Positions 1-8,055 of a DNA stretch of 39,115 bases are shown one piece after another. The notes under the pieces were generated by a model. It had not been told where the DNA came from and searched no databases. It saw only the letters and a program-made list of their open reading frames with translations. The stretch lies in the IMG/VR virus record IMGVR_UViG_3300044515_000043, positions 1 to 39,115 of that record. One strand, written 5' to 3'. A program made the position numbers and the translations under genes. Within the stretch, counting starts at the first letter, position 1. The number at the start of each line of letters is the position of its first letter. The stretch is from a virus (Duplodnaviria; Caudoviricetes).

Positions 1-552
<552 letters not shown>

Positions 553-557
553 GCCCT

Positions 558-606
558 GGCGGCTCGACGGGGCTCATGGCCTCCGGTCTCGCTCCGTCGA
601 GCCGCC
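558..606 (+). other. Intergenic 16-bp RNA hairpin (possible terminator or processing site)
   Basis: GGCGGCTCGACGGGGC (558-573) pairs with GCTCCGTCGAGCCGCC (591-606) with one G-U; 17-nt loop; only a weak U tract follows. Confidence 0.65.
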
Positions 607-634
607 TGTTCGCACACCCTTATCGGAGACGTCC

Positions 635-1132
635 ATGCTCGACTTGATCGAACGAACAGGGACCATCAAGGCCCTATCGCTGTGGCAACCCTGGGCCTCG
701 CTGATGGCGGCCGGCGTCAAGCTGCACGAAACCCGCCACTGGTCGACGCGCTATCGCGGGCCATTGGCTATCCACGCCGCCAAGACCCTCGATGTGGCCG
801 GCGCGCCGGAGGAGCTGTGCCTGTCGGTGTGGGGCGTGAACTGGTGCGAGGCGTGTCCGCTCGGGGCCGTGCTAGCCATTGGCCGGCTCACCCGCTGTGA
901 GCCCACCGGCTGGCTGGCCAATGACCGCCTCACCGCCGCCGACGAGGCGGCCGGCAACTTCGCGCCCGGCCGCTTTGCCTGGCGCGTCGAAGGCCTCAGC
1001 CCCCTCATCGAACCGATCCCGCTGATCGGCCACCAGGGCCTCTTCAACTGGTCCCCGCCGGCGGACCTGGGCCAGCTCCTGCGCCAGCCCGTCGATCATC
1101 GGGACGCCTGCAGCGCGGTGGGCTGGGCATGA
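635..1132 (+). CDS. ASCH domain protein
   Basis: KALSLWQPWASLMAAGVKLHETRHWSTRYRGPLAIHAAK and GHQGLFNW motifs; GGAG RBS upstream. Confidence 0.9.
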   Translation: MLDLIERTGTIKALSLWQPWASLMAAGVKLHETRHWSTRYRGPLAIHAAKTLDVAGAPEELCLSVWGVNWCEACPLGAVLAIGRLTRCEPTGWLANDRLTAADEAAGNFAPGRFAWRVEGLSPLIEPIPLIGHQGLFNWSPPADLGQLLRQPVDHRDACSAVGWA

Positions 1133-1416
1133 CCCGCGACCTGGACCTGCGCGGCCTGGCCTGCGAGCTGCATCGCTCCTACGACTGGACGGTGCGCAGC
1201 TGGCGGGCACTGGTGGCCCTGCATGGCCTACCGGCCCCGTTCCTCGGCGGCGAGCGCCACGCCCGGCCGGTGTGGTCGGGCGAGGCGGTGGCGGCGTGGA
1301 AGGCCGGCCGGGCGGCCGCGCCGTCGACCATGGCCGTGGCCGCCAACGACCGCGAGCATCGCTACCGGTCCGCCGACGACGCCCAGGCGCGCCTGCTCGG
1401 CGCGGCGGGCGGATAA
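1129..1416 (+). CDS. Excisionase/AlpA-like helix-turn-helix protein
   Basis: GLPAPFLGG...PVWSGEAVAAWKAGR pattern typical of Xis/AlpA; upstream of integrase; ATGA coupling. Confidence 0.65.
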   Translation: MTRDLDLRGLACELHRSYDWTVRSWRALVALHGLPAPFLGGERHARPVWSGEAVAAWKAGRAAAPSTMAVAANDREHRYRSADDAQARLLGAAGG

Positions 1417-1447
1417 CCCCGTTCAACCTTCAACAGGAGAGACGACC

Positions 1448-1627
1448 ATGGAACGGCTGACCAACTGGACCGCCCGGCGCGCCGGCGGACGGATCACGAT
1501 CACCGGGACCGACAACACCGGCCACCAGGTGAAGATCACCAACGTGGATACCATCGAGAGCCGGCATGCGGACGCGCCTCATCCGGTGGCCACCGACAAG
1601 TCTGGCGAACGCTACGTCCTGGCCTGA
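1448..1627 (+). CDS. Hypothetical early protein (59 aa)
   Basis: AGGAG RBS at ~1435, ATG 1448, high-GC3 codon usage, TGATG coupling to the next gene. Confidence 0.8.
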   Translation: MERLTNWTARRAGGRITITGTDNTGHQVKITNVDTIESRHADAPHPVATDKSGERYVLA

Positions 1628-1857
1628 TGGCCACCACCTACGCCGCCCGGCATGCCCACGGCCAGGCGCCCACCGACACCCTGCTGGCCCGCACCTTCAC
1701 CGATCGCGAGCGGGCGGAGCGCCAGGCGGCGGCGTGGTGCGCCGGCGGCCCGGTTGACGCCGGCACCTGGGTGACCGCCTATGTCGACGGCGAGGCGGTC
1801 GGCTGGCGGCATTTCTTCGGGGGCCAGCCATCGATCATCGCCGGAGCCTACCTATGA
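1627..1857 (+). CDS. Hypothetical early protein (76 aa)
   Basis: Overlap-coupled at both ends; phage-like codon usage. Confidence 0.75.
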   Translation: MATTYAARHAHGQAPTDTLLARTFTDRERAERQAAAWCAGGPVDAGTWVTAYVDGEAVGWRHFFGGQPSIIAGAYL

Positions 1858-2030
1858 GCAAGCGATCGATCAGGCTGCAGATCCCGTTTCGGGTTTGGTC
1901 CAAGGCCGTCGACGAGGGCACGCTGCCCCAAATCCGCGCCTACCTGCGCGCAGTTGAAAAGATCGTCGACGACGAGACGGGCAAACAGATGGCCAATCTC
2001 ATCGCCTTCGGCTCGACACACCCGAAATGA
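1854..2030 (+). CDS. Hypothetical early protein (58 aa, MSKRSIRLQIPF...STHPK)
   Basis: Read by hand; ATGA overlaps with the previous gene and with the integrase. Confidence 0.7.
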   Translation: MSKRSIRLQIPFRVWSKAVDEGTLPQIRAYLRAVEKIVDDETGKQMANLIAFGSTHPK

Positions 2031-3349
2031 GATCCCGCCACACCCCGCTGAAGATCCGCAACGGCCTGGCCTGGCGGGCCGGGCGGCCGCGCTGGGAGCC
2101 GTCGCCGGCCAACCGCGCCGTGGGCCTCAAGGGCCTGGACCTCAAGCGCCCCGATGGCGAGTGGATGGATCGGGGCGAGGCGATCGGCGCGGCCGACGCG
2201 CGCAAGCAGTGGGCCGATCAGATCAGAATGGCCGCGTCCGGCGGCGAGCGCGGGGCCCAGGCGGCCGCCACACTGTCGGCCGTCCTCATGCGGCTGCAGC
2301 CGCCTGCGACGCCCCAGCAGGCCCACAAGCGCGAGGGGGTCGCCGACCTGATCGAACGCGCCCGCCAGCTGCTCGGCGAGATCTCGCCGGCCGGGCCGCG
2401 CCGCTCGGCCGGCCAGCGCACGGTGGCGGCCATGGTCGATGCCTATTTCGAGGCGGTGGACGCCGGCGAAGTGGCGATCGCCGCCAGCACCCGCCGCGCC
2501 TACCTGGTGCAGTCCAGGCGCCTGGTCGCCGAGCTCGGTGACCACAGGGTCGCCGACGTCAGCCGCGGCCAGCTGGTGACCTGGCACCGCAAGCTGATCG
2601 CCGGCGGCCTGTCGCCCTCCAACGCCAACCAGGCCCTGGGGGCCACGGCCGCGTTCCTCACCTTCGCCGCCCAGCTCGAGCCGGCGTGGATCGCCGCCAG
2701 CCCGGCCGTCAAGCTCGGCCTGCGCGCCGCGCCCGGCCGGCGGGTGTTCTGGACCCTGGAGGAGGAGCGCGCCTTCGTCACCTGGTGCGACCTCAACGGC
2801 CGCGCCGACGTGGCGGACGGGATCACCGCCGGCCTGTGGACCGGGGCGCGGATCGGCGACGTCTGCCGCGCCGACCTGGCGGACCTCGCCGGCGAGGTGT
2901 GGCGCTTCACCCCACAGAAGACGGCCGGGGCCGGCCAGGAGGCCATGCCGGCGATCATGGCCCCCCTGCGCGCCCGCATCGAGCGGCGCCGCGCCCAGCT
3001 GGTCACCGCCATCGATGGCGCCTTCCTGTGGGATCCGCGCACCCGCCGGCGTCACGACACCGGCACCTTCGGCAAGCGCTTCGCCGAGGCCAAGGCGTTG
3101 TGGCTGAGAGAGGGCGGCGGCGCGGCATCCTTCGCGGGCAAGCGCGTGCAGGACACCCGCGACACCTGCATCACCCGGCTGTGGGAGGCCGGGGTGCCGG
3201 CCGGCAAGATGTACGCCTGGACCGGCCACAGCCAGGCCAGCATCGAGCACATCCTGCGCGAGCATTATGTGGTGCTGCGCGAACAGGGCAGCCTGGACAT
3301 GGCCGGCCAGCTGGCGGCCTGGGCGGAACGAGAGGCGGTGCGGCTGTGA
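2027..3349 (+). CDS. int: Tyrosine recombinase (phage integrase)
   Basis: Catalytic set: TGAR (R), QKT (K), QDTR (HxxR variant), TGHS (H), HY (Y); next to an attP-like region. Confidence 0.92.
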   Translation: MRSRHTPLKIRNGLAWRAGRPRWEPSPANRAVGLKGLDLKRPDGEWMDRGEAIGAADARKQWADQIRMAASGGERGAQAAATLSAVLMRLQPPATPQQAHKREGVADLIERARQLLGEISPAGPRRSAGQRTVAAMVDAYFEAVDAGEVAIAASTRRAYLVQSRRLVAELGDHRVADVSRGQLVTWHRKLIAGGLSPSNANQALGATAAFLTFAAQLEPAWIAASPAVKLGLRAAPGRRVFWTLEEERAFVTWCDLNGRADVADGITAGLWTGARIGDVCRADLADLAGEVWRFTPQKTAGAGQEAMPAIMAPLRARIERRRAQLVTAIDGAFLWDPRTRRRHDTGTFGKRFAEAKALWLREGGGAASFAGKRVQDTRDTCITRLWEAGVPAGKMYAWTGHSQASIEHILREHYVVLREQGSLDMAGQLAAWAEREAVRL

Positions 3350-3522
3350 GGACGATCTACGTCATCCGCGATGGCCAGCTGGTCGAGAAGACCACGGCTG
3401 AACCTGAAGTCTTTCAGCTGCTGATCGAACCGGGTGACGCCGGCCGATATGCGGACTTCGCCGCGTGGATGGACCGGACCATTCGAGCGCGGTTCGGCGG
3501 CGAACAATCGCCGAACGGCTAG
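3346..3522 (+). CDS. Hypothetical protein (58 aa, VRTIYVIRDGQLVEK...)
   Basis: GTGA overlap with the integrase stop; GAGG RBS. Confidence 0.6.
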   Translation: MRTIYVIRDGQLVEKTTAEPEVFQLLIEPGDAGRYADFAAWMDRTIRARFGGEQSPNG

Positions 3523-3526
3523 GCCC

Positions 3527-3775
3527 AAAGTCGGACGTCCGACTTTCGCGAAGTCGGAAATCACCCCGCCAAGTCGGCAATTCTGTTCATCTGTAGAGAC
3601 GCGGACAACACCTGCTTTTAATGAACCGACTAACCGTTGGTTAAAGTATGGCGAGGCGGCGCACTCTATCGAATCAGTGGTTTAGACTGTCGCATCGTCC
3701 GACTATCCACTTAGAATTTGGCCGAAGTCGGACGGCGTGGGCGCGCGCCGCCGGCGGCCGCGCGGCCAGGTCGGA
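3527..3775. promoter_or_regulatory. Putative attP region: 20-bp palindrome AAAGTCGGACGTCCGACTTT, repeated AAGTCGG arm-like sites, AT-richer centre, IHF box at 3672-3684
   Basis: Non-coding gap between convergent operons right after int. Motif copies at 3528, 3536(rc), 3551, 3571, 3696(rc), 3725 and 3768 (degenerate). AATCAGTGGTTTA fits WATCARNNNNTTR. Confidence 0.75.
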
Positions 3776-3806
3776 AAGGCAAAGGGCCCAGCTCGCGCCA
3801 GGCCCC
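3776..3806 (-). terminator. Intrinsic terminator of the late operon
   Basis: Minus strand GGGCCTGGC-GCGA-GCTGGGCCC-TTTGCCTTT (GNRA tetraloop, U-rich tail). Confidence 0.75.
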
Positions 3807-3838
3807 TGCCGGTCTTGCCACCCTTGAGCGGGTCCAAT

Positions 3839-3933
3839 GACCCCGTGCTCCGCCCCCCGCTTGTGAAGCCATCAGGGTGACCTGAGCGCGCGCGACCGGC
3901 GGTCGCACGAAAGGAGGTCGGGCGGCGGGGATC
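3839..3933 (-). ncRNA. Candidate structured RNA (closing stem plus three hairpins, exposed ACCUCCUUU) in the late-operon 3' UTR
   Basis: Nested inverted repeats paired by eye (see findings); strand inferred from the operon context. Confidence 0.45.
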
Positions 3934-3935
3934 TC

Positions 3936-4457
3936 TTAGAGCGCGTAGGCGATCCAGTTGACCTTCTTGCCGAAGGTGGTGGCGGCGACGGCCGGGGCGG
4001 CGTCGTTCCAGGTGTTCAACAGGAAGCTGCCGGCCGCCGGCGCGCCGGCCTGGTCGCCCAGGCTGCCGGTGGCGAAGGTGCAGCCGGCGACGGGGTTGTC
4101 GTTGAGGCTGACCACCACGGTCTTGAGGGCGCCAAGGCCAGTGACGATGGTGTCGGAGGCGGTGACGGTGGTGGCCTGGCCCTCGGCCACGGCGCTGGAG
4201 CTGAGGTCGACGACGGTGACCACGCCGGCTCCGCTGACGGCGCTGACCTTGAGGTGCTTCAGGCCCTCGGCGCACACCGTCTGGATGATCGAGCCGACTA
4301 AGGCCACCGTGGTGGCGGTGTTGAAATAGCCGGCGCCCAGGAGGGTGGTGATGGTGTCGGTGGTCACATAGTAGAACAGGCCCGGGGTGGGGCTGGTCAG
4401 GTCGTCGGGACCAAGCAGGTTGGAGATCTTGGTCAGGCTGCCGGCTTTGTAAGCCAT
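3936..4457 (-). CDS. Putative capsid decoration/cement protein (173 aa)
   Basis: MAYKAGSL...FYYVTTDTITTLLGAGYFN...VGSII resembles the small protein that usually follows the MCP in this podovirus type; AAGGA RBS. Confidence 0.6.
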   Translation of the reverse strand: MAYKAGSLTKISNLLGPDDLTSPTPGLFYYVTTDTITTLLGAGYFNTATTVALVGSIIQTVCAEGLKHLKVSAVSGAGVVTVVDLSSSAVAEGQATTVTASDTIVTGLGALKTVVVSLNDNPVAGCTFATGSLGDQAGAPAAGSFLLNTWNDAAPAVAATTFGKKVNWIAYAL

Positions 4458-4504
4458 GGTGTCGGGTCCTTAAGGTTGCGGGCTGAAGGGGACGGCGAGA
4501 GCGC

Positions 4505-4894
4505 CTACTCGGGCGGGTTGGGGATCGGAGGCATGGTCACCGGCGGCGGCAGCTTGGCGGCCAGCTGGGCGTAGCCGTGGTCGATGATGCCGTGCAGGAT
4601 GTCGAAGCCCTGCTTGATGCCGGCGTTGGCGAAGGGGTCGGCCAGGGCGCCGCCGGGGATGGCGGCCAGCAGGCCATCGACCGCGCCTTCCACGGCCACG
4701 GCGGCCGTCGACAGGATCGGGCCGGCCTCGGTGTCGGCGAAGGCCAGGGCGTTGGACGCCGCCTGCTTCACGCCGCTCTCCAGGGCGGCGACGCCGGCCT
4801 TGACCTCGGGGCCGAACACGGTGGCGATCTCGGCGGTGATGTCGGCCCAGGCGGTCTTGGCGCCGGCGAGGATCTGCGAGAACAGGTTGGACAT
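4505..4894 (-). CDS. Amphipathic Ala-rich late protein (129 aa) ending PVTMPPIPNPPE
   Basis: AGGAG RBS, ATG 4894 (MSNLFSQILAGAKTAW); lies next to the holin candidate. Confidence 0.8.
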   Translation of the reverse strand: MSNLFSQILAGAKTAWADITAEIATVFGPEVKAGVAALESGVKQAASNALAFADTEAGPILSTAAVAVEGAVDGLLAAIPGGALADPFANAGIKQGFDILHGIIDHGYAQLAAKLPPPVTMPPIPNPPE

Positions 4895-4911
4895 GGGGGC
4901 TACTCCTGGGC

Positions 4912-5235
4912 TTACGACTGGGGGTTGGGGATCGGGGGCATGGTGACCGGCCGGCCCTGCGCCTCGGCCACCTGGGCGGCCATGGTGGCCTGGGTGGTCT
5001 GGGCCACGGTCACGGCCGTGGTGGCGATCTCTTGCTTGCGCACCAGCTTGTCGAAGATGGAGAGGCCAAGCGCGGCCAGGAACAGCACGCTGCCCAGCAG
5101 GCCGGTGGCGGCGTTGGCCGGCAGCCATCCGGACGACACCATGGCCGGGATCGCCGCGCCCATGGCGGTGCGGATCGCGCCCAGCACCATGTTGTTGGCG
5201 GTCTTGCTGGTCAGCAGACTGGTGAAGATGCTCAT
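4912..5235 (-). CDS. Putative holin (two hydrophobic helices, 107 aa) ending PVTMPPIPNPQS
   Basis: GAIRTAMGAAIPAMVSSGWL...GSVLFLAALGLSIFDK resembles small 2-TM putative phage holins. Confidence 0.6.
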   Translation of the reverse strand: MSIFTSLLTSKTANNMVLGAIRTAMGAAIPAMVSSGWLPANAATGLLGSVLFLAALGLSIFDKLVRKQEIATTAVTVAQTTQATMAAQVAEAQGRPVTMPPIPNPQS

Positions 5236-5273
5236 GCCAGCAAACTACGGCCGGGCGCCGGGGCGCAACGCCG

Positions 5274-8054
5274 TCATGGCCCGGTGTAGCTGCGCAGGGG
5301 CAGCTGGCCGATGGCGTTCTGGATGATCCGGCCGGTGCGGTTGAGCTGCTGGCCGGCCCCGAACGGATAGACCGGGCGATAGCCGCCGGCGGCCGCCGCC
5401 GTGGTGATGGTGAACTCGTGGTTGCCGGTGCCGCCGTTGAAGAACCTGGTGACGTTGGTGATCGTCGCGAAGGTGGCGTTCATGGCGTCGGTGTTCGAGC
5501 ACAAGCCGAAACCCTGGATGCCGCTGGTCGCCTCGTTGAGACTGGTGCTCGAGGCGCCGGGATTGACCAGCACCTTGAAGCTGGTGGTGCTGAGCTGGCT
5601 GAAGCCGACGATGTGCGGGCCCAGGTCGTTGGTGTGGGCGTTGAGGATATTGTCGATGATGCCGGCCAGGCGCAGGCCGGTGGCGGCGTCGCCGGCATAG
5701 TTGGGGTGGATGTTCCCCCACACGCGGCTGAGGTCGTAGGTTTCCGGGCCCTGGAAGGCGTGGGCGTCGCCGGCGATGTACTTCATCTGGGCTTCGCGCA
5801 CGGCCGTGCATTGCAGATCGGTGGTCGGGTTGAGGGTGTCCTGGCTGCCCAGCGGGATAATGACGATCGGCAGGGTGGCGTCGGCCAGCTGGGCGCGGAT
5901 CCACGTAAACAGCGCCCCCATGGCGGCGATGTAGGTCGTGTAGGTGGTCGCCCCGCCGGCGCTGATGGCGCTGACTTCCTGCTGGCCCTGGTTCCACACC
6001 AGCACCGCGGGGGCCGGCTGGCCGGCGGCCACGGCGGCGTTGATCATGCTGATCAGGTTGGTGGCGTTGGGCCCTGGCGTCGCCCCGCCGATATCCCACC
6101 AGTAGTTGCTCGGCTGGCCGCCGGCCTGGTTGCCGTGGATCAGGGCGCTGCTGCCCACCGCCCCTTGCGTCACCCACGGCGCGGCCAGGCCCAGGGTGAC
6201 GAAGCCGGCCTGCAGGCCCGCCAGGCCGCCGCCGGTGACCAGGTGCACGCCCAGGGACTGCCCGGCCACGGCCACATGCACCCCACGCGCCGGCGCGGCG
6301 CTGGCCGATCCGGAGATGGTCGGCATGGTGCCGTCGCTGCGCGGAACCGCCTCGAGGAAATAATCCGTGGCGCTGTAGCAATGCACCCGCACCACGCCGC
6401 CGGCGGCGTTGGCGGCGACGTTGAGGGTCAGCTGGCTGGAACTGAAGCCCCGCCACTTCGGCGCGGCGCTGCTGGGCGGGCTGCCGGTGATGCTGGGCAG
6501 GCCGCAGAAGACGCCGACGCTGGCCGTGCCGGGCGCGATGGAGATTTCCAGCGTGCCGCCCTGCGGGGTGAAGCTGGCGTCGACGAAGGCCCCCACGGCG
6601 GTGACGTAGATCGGCCGGAACTTGTCGCCGGCGTTGAGGTAGTAGGGGGCGGTGGAATTGAGCGCATAGGCCGCCACGTCGTCGATGAACTCGGGCAGGG
6701 CCGTGCCGGTGCTGATCTGCTGGGCGATGGCGTAGGCGTCGGCGTGGGTGGTGACGTAGCTCTGCAGGTTGACCGGGCTGAAAAAGGCCTGGGCCGTGCC
6801 AGCGGTGGCGCCGAACACCACGTTGTTCTGCACCCGGAAATTGCCGGTGGCGTTGTCGAAGCGGGCCAGCTCGACAACCCCGGCGCCGGTGGTCGAGCTC
6901 AACACCAGCTCGCCAAGCGCGCTCACCGACACGATCGCCCCGGTGACGCCGGCGTGCTGGATGTTGGCCTGGCTCAGCACGTTGAGGGTGCTGATCGACT
7001 GAGTCTTGGCGGTGGTGATGACCTTGAACGACGCGCCGTCGTATTCCAGCTGCTGCACCTGGCCGGCCGGCAGCATGCCCAGGGTGATGGCCACGCCGGT
7101 GTTGTCGTGGATGTTCTTGGCCCCCAGGGCCGCGCCGCCGACCGGGGTCAGGTTGAGGGTGCAGGCGCCGGCGGCGGCGACGTCCGGCGCGAAGCTGAAG
7201 GTCATGCCGGCCAGCAGGGCCAGCACGGACCCGCTGCAGCCGCCGGTGTAGGTCAGGCCGGCCGGGGCGGACGCCACGCCGGTCACCGGGAAATGCCCGG
7301 TCTGGCCGAATGGCACGCCGGTCGACCACACGCCCGCGCCGACGCCGTGGATGTACAGCAGCGGCAGGGGCAGCTGGTCGGTGGCCAGGTACGCGTAGCC
7401 CTGGGCCTCGCCGTCGTGGGCGGTGCGCCCGGCCAGGGTTCCCGAGGCGTTGGGCACGGTGACGAAGCTGGCCCCCGGGCTGCCCGGGCCGCCGTCATTG
7501 CCCGGAACGCCCTGGCCGCCCGGGTTGCCCTGGATGCCCTGATCGCCCTTGTCGCCCGGCGCGCCGGTGCTGTCGCGGACGATGAGGTTGCGCTGCGCGT
7601 CGTAGCCCAGGAACTTGTTGGCCACTGGCGTCGGCAACACCCCGCCGGTGGCCCCCAGCGGGGCCAGGGGGGCGCGGGTGATGTCGCGGGCGTGTTCCTG
7701 CAGCTGGGCCTGGAAGCCGGTGCCGTCGCCCTCCAGCTGCTCGCTGAACACCGCCCCGCCGGCGGTGTAGGCCCGGGCGCGGGCCGGCGGGATGGCCCCG
7801 AACACGATCACCTGGTCGCCGGCCTGCGCCCCCACATCGAGCACGGCGGTGAAGCCGCTCGGCCCGGGCAGGGTGACGTTCCAGTCGGTCCCCAGCTCGA
7901 GGATCGACACCACCCCGGCGCGGATCGACTGGATGTACAGGCCGACATATGGGCCGCCCACCGGCAGGGCCGGGAAGTCGGCGATGAAGGCGGTCTGGCC
8001 GTCGAAGGCGACGACGGCGGCCGTGCACCGCTGCGAAAGGGCGAGGGTGCTCAC
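5274..8054 (-). CDS. Tail fibre/spike: T7 gp17-like N-terminal anchor, collagen-like GXY segment, C-terminal SGNH (O-acetylesterase-like) domain
   Basis: GAPGDKGDQGIQGNPGGQGVPGNDGGPGSPG; SGNH blocks VAGQSLG, WNQGQQE and NIHPN. Confidence 0.85.
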   Translation of the reverse strand: MSTLALSQRCTAAVVAFDGQTAFIADFPALPVGGPYVGLYIQSIRAGVVSILELGTDWNVTLPGPSGFTAVLDVGAQAGDQVIVFGAIPPARARAYTAGGAVFSEQLEGDGTGFQAQLQEHARDITRAPLAPLGATGGVLPTPVANKFLGYDAQRNLIVRDSTGAPGDKGDQGIQGNPGGQGVPGNDGGPGSPGASFVTVPNASGTLAGRTAHDGEAQGYAYLATDQLPLPLLYIHGVGAGVWSTGVPFGQTGHFPVTGVASAPAGLTYTGGCSGSVLALLAGMTFSFAPDVAAAGACTLNLTPVGGAALGAKNIHDNTGVAITLGMLPAGQVQQLEYDGASFKVITTAKTQSISTLNVLSQANIQHAGVTGAIVSVSALGELVLSSTTGAGVVELARFDNATGNFRVQNNVVFGATAGTAQAFFSPVNLQSYVTTHADAYAIAQQISTGTALPEFIDDVAAYALNSTAPYYLNAGDKFRPIYVTAVGAFVDASFTPQGGTLEISIAPGTASVGVFCGLPSITGSPPSSAAPKWRGFSSSQLTLNVAANAAGGVVRVHCYSATDYFLEAVPRSDGTMPTISGSASAAPARGVHVAVAGQSLGVHLVTGGGLAGLQAGFVTLGLAAPWVTQGAVGSSALIHGNQAGGQPSNYWWDIGGATPGPNATNLISMINAAVAAGQPAPAVLVWNQGQQEVSAISAGGATTYTTYIAAMGALFTWIRAQLADATLPIVIIPLGSQDTLNPTTDLQCTAVREAQMKYIAGDAHAFQGPETYDLSRVWGNIHPNYAGDAATGLRLAGIIDNILNAHTNDLGPHIVGFSQLSTTSFKVLVNPGASSTSLNEATSGIQGFGLCSNTDAMNATFATITNVTRFFNGGTGNHEFTITTAAAAGGYRPVYPFGAGQQLNRTGRIIQNAIGQLPLRSYTGP

Positions 8055-8055
8055 T

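Noticed and set aside
3140-3170. Inactive integrase because HxxR reads QDTR
   Set aside because: The first His is known to be variable in tyrosine recombinases; R, K, R, H and Y are retained and the ORF is intact
3611-3625. attP core from the tRNA-Lys anticodon loop (CTTTTAAT)
   Set aside because: Only 8 bp match and no tRNA 3' half is present; cannot be supported without the host attB
3527-3775. CRISPR or mini-array from the AAGTCGG repeats
   Set aside because: Repeats are 7-10 bp, in both orientations and irregularly spaced; no cas genes
3839-3933. tRNA gene
   Set aside because: Cloverleaf-like, but lacks the TTC T-loop, D-loop GG, 7-nt anticodon loop and CCA end
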